Of a DNA stretch of 61,949 nt, positions 49,196-60,278 are shown one piece after another. The notes below the pieces were generated by a model. That model worked only from the letters and a program-made list of their open reading frames with translations, had not been told where the DNA came from and did not search any database. A program made the translations under genes and the position numbers. The first letter of the stretch is position 1; every line of letters starts with the position of its first letter. This stretch comes from Vitrella brassicaformis CCMP3155 (lineage: Eukaryota > Protista > Chromerida): the NCBI GenBank assembly GCA_001179505.1, contig CDMY01000507.1, positions 1 to 61,949 on the forward strand. Reading direction: 5' to 3'.

Positions 49196-52100
49196 TCACG
49201 TCCTTACATCTTGCTCGTCGTCAACACCCGTCAAATGGTCATTGCTCCGTGCATCAGACAACACGTGTTCGTGGTGGTGAGCATGCTGCGGGTGCTCAGC
49301 AGCAGCAGCAACAGCAGCAGCGGGGGCAGCATCAGCGTGGTTCTTTAACCGCCTCTTCCAGTCCTTCAGAGTGGGGCGCTCTGACGAGTCGATCAGCATC
49401 CGGATGGCCTCGACGAGAGCACGCAGAGACGCCAGGGTGCGGGCGATGACAGCACGCACTGGGCGGTCAGAGTGGTCAAACCGATACCTGCACCACACAC
49501 ACATACAGACACACACACACATACACATGCACACACATATGTGCATACTTCGGCATATCGGTGATCTGTGCGCACCTGATTGGAGGGAGCAGCACTTCTT
49601 CCCCCGTGTGTGCGTCGGTGCCGAAGACCTCGACGCTCAGGTGCCGCTGACGGCCCTTCGGGAAGGCCTCGTCCAGCTCATGCCAACTCTGATGACACAT
49701 GGACATACACACACAGACACCACAATACACACAGGGAGGGGCGATCGTTCTCTCTCCTGCCCCAGCTCAACTAACCCTTCTGGCGACTTCCCTCATCCTG
49801 GCCCTCCGCCGCCTCTTCATCTCCTCGACGTCAGACCTCTCCAGCAGCAGCGTCGAGTACAGCAGCGCCTCGTCACTCGTCACCATCTGCGCATCCAGCT
49901 GCAGACGCTCGCGAACCACACGCAGAAACCCCTCAAGCGTCACGTCGTAGCCCTCGTCAATGTCGATGCTGTCCCAGACTGTCCACCCATAGCCCTTCCA
50001 CGGCCCCGCCTCGATCGGCCCCTCATCGAGAGGCGGGAGCGGCTCGGTCATGGCGATGAAGGGCCGGCCCAGGTTCACAAACGCGTTCTTGAACAGTGCC
50101 CGTGACGCCTCGTTCGTTTCCTCGGTTGCGGAGTCGGCTGTCTGCCATGGGACAGTGGAATGGTCGGTGGCTGGCTGCTGGCGTGTGCGAGATGGTGATG
50201 ACGGTGATGTGCAGTAGCCGTGCTGGAGCAGCTTGTACAGCTCCAGGCAGACCAGGCCGGCCACCACTGCTGTCGTCGTGGCTATCGCGGGGATGATCTT
50301 GCCAGCAATCTGACACCAGTAAGGGAGGGAGGGAGAGACAGACACACACAGACACATGGGATGGGTTGTGCCCGTTCTTGTGACCTCGCGGTGCATAGCG
50401 CCCACCCACCTGTTTTGTCTTGTGTCTGTCGGCCGGTTCGATGTGGTAGCTCTTGGCCCTTAGGTTGGAGCACGCCGCGATGAAGTCCACATGGTGATTG
50501 CCGTCGTCATCCTTCTCAAACTCCTGCGGTGAGAAGGAGGACACCTTCCTAGTGCCGGTGCTGCTGTTGTTTGCTGCTGCTGTTGCTGCCTGGGATGTCT
50601 CATTCAGCTGCGGCACTGGCTGCAACTGCTGCAGGGTCTGCACGACGCGCTTCCTGTTCATCCCCTTCGGCACAGGGATGCCCAGCGAGACGGCCCGCAG
50701 CATGGCGGCCGAGTGGATGAAGTCGACGTGTGTGGGGTCGGCGGCGTCGAAGGCCAGTGGCTGGGGGGGCGGAATGCCTAGCTTCTCTGTCTTCTCGTAG
50801 AGAGCATCCTGGTGGCAGCCAAAGTGGTCAGGTGGATGTGGTCACCTGTTCTCTCTGTACGGCTGTAGTGTGCTTACGGGTGTCATGGAGGTGAGCAGCT
50901 TGCGTATGGGCAGGTCGAAGAGGCTGCTGAACTGATGCCGCGCCCACCGCACACAGTCATCGAACGACGGGGACCCGCCGCTGATGACCACAACAAGACA
51001 ACGCATAAAACACACTCAGGTGTGTTTCCATCGAGCTCCGTGTCACGTGCTGACTCCTACCTACCGTGTGAATGCTTCGAACTCGATGATCGTCTGCGCA
51101 GCCTCGCGGCCGCTGTCCGACTCCTGCAGTCATACACACACACACACATACGCAGCCACACAAACACAAACGTGTGGAGGCCCCCGTGTTATTCGTCTCA
51201 TCCCCACGCAGGCACCCACCTGGAGTTCGTTCCATACGGCCTCCGGGTTGTCGGTCCACTTTTCGACGAGCAGGACGTCGTCGAAGAAGAGCCCCTCGAA
51301 GACGTCCAGAGCCCACTGGATGGTGTGGTCGATCCGGTGCGGGAACGACTTGATCGTGCACAACGGGACGCTCTCCTCGGGCGGGTCCAGCGACGACCCG
51401 TACGACTCAGTCACATGCGGGATCACCACCTGCGTGTTGCCCTTGGCGCCGAGTGTTCCGCTCTCCAGCAGCGGCTTCCTGTACAGGACACACCTGCTGT
51501 CGACGTAGAGCCGCGCCTCCACGTTGTCGAGGGCGTTGCAGACGCACGCGAGACTCTCCCAGAACCGCTCGTCGAACAGGTGCTCCGTCTCTCCACCCAC
51601 CCGATGCTCATAGGCCTCGATCCTCATCTCAGGGTTGATCGTCCTCGCGGCCTCAGCAGCCACGTGCGACTTGAGGCGGCCGATGTCGCTTTCCCGGAAG
51701 AGCAGCTGCCGCGAGAGGTTGCTCCGCTCGATGCAGTCCATGTCGGTCAACACCACACGACCTGTGTTGCTCTTCCCCCTGCTTTTGCGTTTGCCCTTGA
51801 CTTGGCCGCCGACGCCCATCATTGCCCAAGTCTTGAGGACCTCACAGCCGATGGCGCCGGCGCCCACGAGGAAGAGCCGCAGCTGCTGGAGGTCGCGCTG
51901 GTACCTCTGGCCGAGGACGGCGATCTGCCCGTCGTAGCGGCTCGACTGAGGCTGGCAGTCTTCTTGTGTGGGGAGGGGGGACGGGAGCACCTCGGTCGCA
52001 TCGACGTACAGCAGCTCTTGCAGGGGCGTGAAGGTGCCTGACGGATGGATATGGATGAATTAGTCCGGCATACATACGTCATGTGGATGGATGGATGGGT

Positions 52101-54092
52101 GTGTCAGAATTCTCACCCACCAGTGATGCCTTTGAGGGCTTCCTGCCCCGCCATGCCCCCCAGCAGCGACGCGAGAGGCGCCAGCTGACCTCGACACGTG
52201 CGGGCGAACGTCTCGACGATGTGCTGCACACTCGGGTCGTCAAGTGAGAAGGGAAGGGGCGAGGAGCGCCGCCTCATGACATCCATGAATCGATATGCGT
52301 CCTCCTTTGAGCCCGGGACGGGCAGGCGGCCGTACAGCTGATGAAAGGGCTCCAAACACTGAAGACAAACAAAGAAAGCGACACCACAGACAGGGATGCA
52401 TGGGATGGGCGTTGTGTGTCCCATTCATTGTATGTGTGTGTGTTATGTGTGGGTAAGGTGAGACGACCTGGAAGCAAGCATGGATGACCGGATAGCGATC
52501 CAGTTTTGAAAAATCAGTGGGGAAGAACGCCGGGCGGCCAAACTGGTCGCCCAAGGAGGCGTACGATAAATGAAGCGGAGACTTGACCTGTAAGTAACAC
52601 ATCCACCCACCCGACAGATCAAGAACACATACAAACACATCGCCCAGACAGCCAGACGGTCTCTGTCGGTTTGTCCTCTCTCACCTCGACAGCGAAGAAC
52701 CCGCCTCTGTATCTTGGGTACTTCCGTATGTCCTCCCCCTCGATGGCAAACCGCAGCGGATCGATGACCCGCACCCTCCTCGCCCTCCCGTCCAGCAGCG
52801 GGTGGTGCCGCATCGAGTGGTGCAACACATCCGTGTTGGCCTCAAACACCACCTTCTGCCCCGTCTCGAGGTCGTGCTTGCCGCCGACCAGGCCCTGCTC
52901 CTCGTCCTCGACGGCGCAGTGGAAGATGGGCGTGTGGGTGTGGGGCGGGGGGGAGTGCTCCATGGCCGTGATGCGGATCTTCTTGGGGGGGTCGCCCGTG
53001 GCGTCGTCGACCGTGAAGTTCTTGCCCAGGTCGGCGTACACGTACCCGAAAACACCCCTCGAGCCGACAGAAATAACGCGGGGCTGCCTGTGATGGCCGT
53101 GACGGTCACCGATTTCGCGACAAGCGTCGTCGATCTCAATCTGCCGCGACATTGGCGCATTGACCAGCACCTGATGGACACACACATCCATAACCGATGC
53201 ACTCACCGCCAGATATATTGGTGCATTTGTGCTGCCGCACTCACCACAACATCGTGGTGCTTGAGCTGTTCCTGCGTCAGATTGCCGTGCATGACGTCCA
53301 CCTGCGCCAGAGGGTTGAGATGGGCCAGCTTGTCGTGACACGCGACGCTGCGGGCGCGACCCATCACCACATCCTGCATCCATCCATACATCCATCCATC
53401 CAAACAAACATGACAACACGCCCACCATGTGCCGATCCGATCCGCCTCTCTCATCTCATTGACAGACCGACCTCTTCAGCGATGCAGAACTGGCTGGCCA
53501 TGTCCATGTGTGAGCACGGGTCGTCGTCATGGAGGGTGATCCGCTGCACCCCCGCCAGCAGGCAGTTCTTGGCCACCTCCACACCAGGCCCCTCCAGGCC
53601 GCTGATCAGCACTGACGCCTGCGACAGCTTCCGCTGCGCCGCGTGACCCATGACATACAGCTGACGGCTGTATCGGCCTTCGTCCACATCATCATCATGC
53701 TGCTGCTGCTGCCTCTGGGCTGGCTGCTGAGAGGGTGGTTCATGAGAGCTGATGCTGGTACTGTCAGTGATCGAGCTTAGCGGCTTGGCGAGGCCTCGGA
53801 CCACACCCAATGCAGAGCGCTGGACGTCATTGTCGTTGCGCTGCTGCTCTCCATCTGTCAGTATTGCCGCAGCAGGGGAGAGAGGGCCACGTTGATGTCG
53901 ATGTGGATGTGGATGTGATGATGCAGCAGCGAGATCTGATGGCCTTGCATGACGCCGGCTGCCGAGCGGCTGGGGCGGATAAGTGGCGGATCTTGGCGCA
54001 GGACGGGCGGCTTCTGTGAGGTGCAGCAGCTGCTGCAGCAGGCCGACCAAGATCACCACACAATGGAGGCACGGGGCGCCTCGAGTCATCAT
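49196..54092 (-). CDS. UBA1: Ubiquitin-activating enzyme E1 (UBA1 family) with a signal peptide and transit-peptide-like leader; candidate plastid-import (SELMA) E1
   Basis: DEGRYSRQLYVMG...VLISGLEGPGVEVAKNCLLAGV (inactive adenylation domain); LFLVGAGAIGCEVLK and DMDCIERSNLSRQLLFR (ATP site); ESVPLCTIKSFP (catalytic Cys); FEKDDDGNHHVDFIAACSNLRAKSY; GKIIPAIATTTAVVAGLVCLELYK; UFD ending EEVLLPPIRYRF. Confidence 0.95.
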
Positions 54093-54487
54093 TGAAGACC
54101 ATCTACAAGGCTGAGTTGTAGGGGCAGGGATCAGGGTCGCCCAATTCGCGAGCTAAGCTCGCCGACCCTGGGAGAAGGAATGCCCGAATTTTGTCGCTTA
54201 TTATAGCGTGGGAAGGTCACGGAGAAGTGCCATGCATTCAATGCATTGACAGATCTGCGCTTTCGTGACTCATCTCATGAGGCGGCTGCGGCCCTCGTGC
54301 GCCTCCTCCCTGGTGGCGATGCATCACCGGTGCAGTCACGACAAGGCCTCCTGGCGGGCATACATGAGCGTCCCATCACCTGTGTCTGATGCCGGTAGGT
54401 AACAGATTGATCAGCATTGACTGGCCAAATGCACTCACTGAACTCAATCAACATCGGTGCTTGTTGTTTGCCCGCGTGTGGTTATCG
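54093..54487. promoter_or_regulatory. Short divergent intergenic region shared by UBA1 and der, containing a nested inverted repeat at 54132-54170
   Basis: Head-to-head starts about 0.3-0.4 kb apart. cagggtcg...gcgagct-a-agctcgc...cgaccctg is visible in the sequence. Confidence 0.5.
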
Positions 54488-56578
54488 ATGCGCTTTGCAG
54501 GGCCGGCATCACGCGTTGCCCCGGTGCATGCGCCTCATCAGTGCAGGTGGTCTGATGGCGGCCGGCGGTCCTTCGCGCGTGTGCGGTACAAAGGCCCGAA
54601 GAGCGTCACTCTCAAGGAGCCTGACCCAAACGTACTTATCTACTGTACACAAGACGACCGACACTGAAGATCGGGCTCTTATGCACTCACTCGTCTGTGT
54701 GTGTGCCCCCGGCGCATCGTTGACATCAAACGCTTGTGGGTGGGTATGTGTGTGCGGCAGATCGATCCACTGCCTGTGGCGATAGTTGGGCGGGCCAACG
54801 TGGGCAAGAGCACGCTGTTCAACCGAATGCTGTCGGGCACTGAGCGCAAGAGCAACCGGGACAAACAGGCACTCGTCACGCCCAGGGCAGGTGGGTGGGC
54901 ACGATGCGGTGGGTGGATGGATGCATTGGCATTGGCATTGGTATGTTTGGTGTAGGCACCACTCGCGACAGGCGCGAAGAGGTGGCTGTGTTCGGTAGGC
55001 ACATCCGCATGATGTATACACGCACTCGCACGTGCCCATGGATAGATAGGTTCGAGAATGTGTATGAATGCCTGCCTACATTCATATATATGTAGGTGGT
55101 CTGCAGCTGAAGCTGATTGACACAGGCGGTTTGGAGGACGAGAGAGTCACCAACGCCAGCACCCTGCTGCAGAGAATGAGGGAACAGGTAGGTGCACACA
55201 CACACACATCCATTCATCCATCCATCCATCCAGTGGAGCACACTATCTGTCTGTCTGCCTGGTCCGCGTGTGTGCGCATCAATCGACCAGGTGCAGCGTT
55301 CCTTTGACGAGGTGGCGTGTGTGCTGTTCGTGATTGACGCCCAGAAGGGCATCACACCGCTAGACCAGATACTCGCCAAACTCGTCAACCAGTGGATCGA
55401 GGCCATATACGAGGAGAAGAGGCGGATATTCCTCGAACAACAACAAGAACAGGAGAACACCGATACCGGACTGGCAGACGGTAAGGTCCACCCACCCACC
55501 AACACACGCAAACACACGGATGTGTGTATGTACGTGTGCAGGGTCGAGTATATATGAGGAGACTGACATCCACAAGCCGCCCGTCGTCCTGCTGGCCAAC
55601 AAGGCCGACGGCTCTTACCTCGGCGACTACCTTTCCGACTGCTATCTGCTCGACCTGGGCGAGCCCATCGTCATATCCGCTGAGAGAAACGAAGTACGTC
55701 TGTCTGTCTGTCTGACTGTCTGTCTGTGCGTAAGCAATGAGTACCTGTATGCTGTTTGTGTATGTCTGTGTGCTGTGCTGTGCTGTGCTGTGTGCAGGGC
55801 CTTGACGATTTGTACAACCGTCTTGTGCTGGAGATCGGGCACCTGCAGGTGCCTCAAGTGGAAAACATGAATGCATCCCCAACAACCTAAGCTGTCTGGA
55901 GAGTGTGTTGACGCGTGTTGTGTGGGTCCGTTAGGAGTTTGGTGACGAGAGTGAGGAGGAGGAGGTGAACGAACTCATGGACGAAGACCAGGTGCACACC
56001 ACACACACACGCGACAGACACACACAGAGTGATCTGCGCATACAGACATATGTATGTCTCTCTCTCTTTCTGTGTGTGTGTGTGTGTGTGCTGTGTGTGT
56101 GTGTAGGGTGAAGCAGAGGACAGTGAGGATGACCATCGGCCCCTCCCAACACCACCCAGAGGCAACAACACAAGACACCCACCCACCCATTCGGCCCATA
56201 CATCCCATCCACACACAGACACACCCTCCGCCTGTGCGTCTGTCTGTCTGTCTGTGTTTAGGTGTCGAGTACCATTACGTGCACAAGGGCAAGCACACCG
56301 AGATGGTCCCCAGCGGCAACAAAATCAAAGCTAACCCAATCACACGTACCTGAACACACACACACACACCACACAGCACAGACGCACATACACAGACAGA
56401 CCTGTGTATGTATCCATGCGTGTCCGCAGGCCCTGCTGTTACGGTGACCGAGACGGATTTCTCCGACAATTCCGACGACGAGGGGGCCATGGCAGCCGAC
56501 GAGGATGCCACTGTGGTCAGTGAGGCACCACACAACACAACACACACACACGCGGGCGCCCAAATTCTCATCTCTGTT

Positions 56579-56614
<36 letters not shown>

Positions 56615-58422
56615 TCCCTCTCTCCGTTCATCCATCAGGCAGCAGACGCAACCCTCCGCGTGAAGCCACCCAAAGCGTCCCGGGCCACAGTGTGGTGGCT
56701 CGAGGTACGTGAAGGCACACACTACATCCACCCATCCGCCGATTTATCTGTCCATCCATCCATCCATCCATGTATGTGTGTGTCAGGCGATGAGTCGCTA
56801 CCACCAGCTGCCGAGCCCCCGCTCGCCGCACCAGTTCGTCAAATACATACAGGCCCAGACAAACAAGGCAAGTCGTTCTTGTACACACACACACGCACAC
56901 ACAGACCCATACACACGTCGCGTCACGCAGCCATTTTGTATCTATGTGGCCTGTGTGTGTGTGGCAGGTTGCTGGGGACCCCTCCTTCCTCCCAACACCC
57001 CAGGAGAGGCAACTGCAGTGGATGGGGTAAGGTCTGCACACACACATATATATACACACACACACACGAGTGCATGATCCGCCGGTTCATGTCACGCAGC
57101 GAGGCGACCAGACCCACCGGCCGCGAACTAGCAGAGCTCATTGCAGCAGGTACACACATACATACGCACCCCAGAGCCATCCGTCCATCCCCTCCCTCCC
57201 AGGCCGTGGCTATGACGCCCACCCCAACATCAACGCGACGCTGCAGCTGCAGAACATCCAGGGCATCGGCGGCAGCAGGGGGGTGGAGGAGCTCCTCGCA
57301 ACCGACAGACACGCACCGGGCGCCGTCCACGCCAACCTCATGCTGGCGGACGACCAGCAAGACCAACAGAGTGATGAAGGACAGGTAAGCCTGCCTGCCT
57401 GTGTGCAGCCATCCATCCATTCATTGTGTGTCGGGCTCATGCATGCAGTACTTTGTGGATGGCGAGGAGGGAGAGGGTGAGGGTGAGAGTGAGGACGACC
57501 TGTCGCCGGCCAACTCGCGTATCATGCAGGGGGTCGACTGGATGAAGCAAGGTCGGCCGGTCGGTGTTGGGGCAGATAGACAAGACACACACGTGCGCTG
57601 CGCGTACCGCACATGGATGGAGGTGTGTCCGTGTCCGTCAGATCCGTCACTGATGGACGCGACTCAGCGTGCGGCCTACGATGCGCTCTACCAGCCACCG
57701 CCGGCAAAGGTGGGTGCATTGTGTGCGCTGCGCTGCAGACATACGCCCACACGAAATGATTGGCTACAGACTGACATGCCCTTCTGCCGTGTGTTCAGGT
57801 GTTCCCAGGTTGGCTGAACATCCGCCAGCGGAAGATCCCCAGAGCGGAGATCAGAAACTACGTGCTGGAGGTGTGGAAGAAATTGCCATGTGTGGATGGA
57901 TGGATGAATGGATGGCTTGGTTGCTGGATGGCGCGTGCAGGTGCGTCGTCGGCAGCTGTTCAACACTCGTGTGCACATATCGGTCATCGGCCCAACCAAC
58001 ACCGGCAAGAGCACTCTCGTCAACGCCATTCTCAAACAAGAACGGTCCGCACACAGACACACACACAGGCATCCACATGGGTCTCCCTCTCTCTCTCTCT
58101 CTGTGCGTGTGTGTCTGTGTGTGTGTGTGTGTGCAGGGTGATCGTCGACGACGCCCCGCACACGACAATGGACTCGATCGGCATTAACACCGAGTGGAGC
58201 GGGCACCCCATCTGTATCACCGACACACACGGACTCACCAGAGGCCTCAAGTGACCACACACATCACAATCACACCCTTGCATGAAGCTCTTGCTGTGTG
58301 TGTGTGTGTGTGTGTCAGGGCGCGTCACACGGACTACATGCGTGACGCCGGGCTGCAGACGTATCGCAACGTGCGGCGGTCCCAGGTGTGCATACTATGC
58401 GTCGACGCGTCCAAAGACAGGT

Positions 58423-58453
<31 letters not shown>

Positions 58454-59716
58454 TGCACATGTGTGGATGTGTGGATGGACGTACACATGATGATCAGGCA
58501 CAATGTGGGGTCATGGGATGTGTTCATCGGCCACCGGATCAGCGAGGCGGAGGGGCGGGCAATGGTCATCGCCATCAACAAATGGGACCTGGTGCAAGAG
58601 GACCAACGCCCGAGGTCAGCCAGCACGGACACATAATAAATGCATTCGTTCACGGATGTACCTCACAGCCGTCGGTGTCTGTGTGGATGTGATGTGTGGA
58701 TGTGTGGATGTGTGGATGTGTGTGTGCAGGATCCGTGCAGAGATCCTGGACCGTGTTCGTCGGAAGTTCTCGAACGTCAAGTACTGCCCCGTGGTGTTCA
58801 TATCGGCCAAACAGGGACACAACATCGCCACACTTATGAACAACGTCATGGTACATAAATAAGGAAACCACCCGCCCCCCCACGGCCATGGCCATGGCCA
58901 TGACCACCCACACCCATGTGTGAGAGTGTCCATGCAGGTGCTGTACAAGCGTTGGAATGCGAGAGTGCCCACTTCTCGGCTCAACACCTTCCTGCGCGAA
59001 TTCATGCTGCGCTGGCCGCCGCCATGGCGATTCGGCAGCAAGTGTAATGTCAAGTATATTACGCAGGTCAGGTCTGTGTGTCACCTTGTGCGGGTCTGCG
59101 GGGACACAGACAGCCATGGATGTCTGTGTGCGGATGTATGTGCGTGTGTGGATAGATGGATGGATGGATGTTGTGTGTGTGCAGGTGAAGCCCCGCCCGC
59201 CGACCTTCGTGATGTGGTCCAACGTATACGGCAAGTTCCCCTGGAACTACCTCCAGCAGCTCAGGAACGCCATCAGAGACGAATTCAGACTCGATGTGCG
59301 TACGTCTGTGACAGACAGACAGCATCACACCACACCACACACACAGAGAAAGAGCCTGCAGATGCGTGAGGGTGTGTGTGTGTATGTGTGTGTGTGCCCT
59401 GCTGTGCTGCAGGGCACCCCTATGCGCATCGTGGTCCGCACGACGGCCATGCCCAAGCCTCATGTGAGGCTGTCCAAGAGTGACGTCCTCAAGTGGAAAC
59501 GGATGGGGCCCAGACAGGTGCGAACGAACGAGCGCATGCATGAGCCGACCACTGACGCACTCATGGACCGATGGATGGATGGATCCATCTCATGGACCGA
59601 TGGATGGATGGATCGATGTGCGTGTGTTGTGGTGGTTGCTGTTGTGGTTTCTTTGATAGGCCGAGGCGGTGAGAGATCTGAACAGACGGGGGCTCGTCAA
59701 GGCCAAATACCGATAA
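54488..59716 (+). CDS. der: Der/EngA double-GTPase ribosome biogenesis factor, probably organellar (Arg-rich, acid-free N-terminus resembling a mitochondrial presequence); start 54488 or 54389
   Basis: GD1: VAIVGRANVGKSTLFNR, GTTRD, LIDTGG, LLANKAD. GD2: VIGPTNTGKSTLVNAIL, HTTMD, ITDTHG, AINKWD. C-terminal KH-like region YITQ/VKPRPPTFVMWSN...LRNAIRDEF...GTPMRIVVR. Confidence 0.93.
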
Positions 59717-60278
59717 TTATATGACAGATAGCCGTGGGATGAGAACGTGACCGTGTGTGTGTGTGTGTGCCGGGGCAATTGAAATGCGTCTTGTTGTGTC
59801 CAAGCAGAAGCGCATCAGAATCAGCTACATGACTAATGATACCACATTGATAGAATCAATGGTGTGTGACGAGTGGACGAGGGGCACAAGGCAGACAGAT
59901 GTGGCTGCGGCTGTGGCTGTGGCTGATGCATGGCGTCGTGCAGTCGCCCAGGCACCAATGAACGCACGCACCGACGCACACCATGTATGCCATCGACTGA
60001 TGACCGACCATGTTTGTATTTCGTCTGTTAACACACACTTGGCCCACGCACATAAGTATCTACCAACAGGACATGCAGTCAGTCGTCTCTCTATCCACAC
60101 AAGTCAGTCACTCAGTCCATCAATCCTCTGTGTTGACATGCACCGCACCCCACCAACCGCCTCGCCTCCCCTGGCCCACCGACCATCCATCTATACATCT
60201 ATACATCCAGATTGCGACTCGACAAGATGGTCTGACCCCTGAATTGAGAGAGACACAATAAATACGATGGCATTGCAA

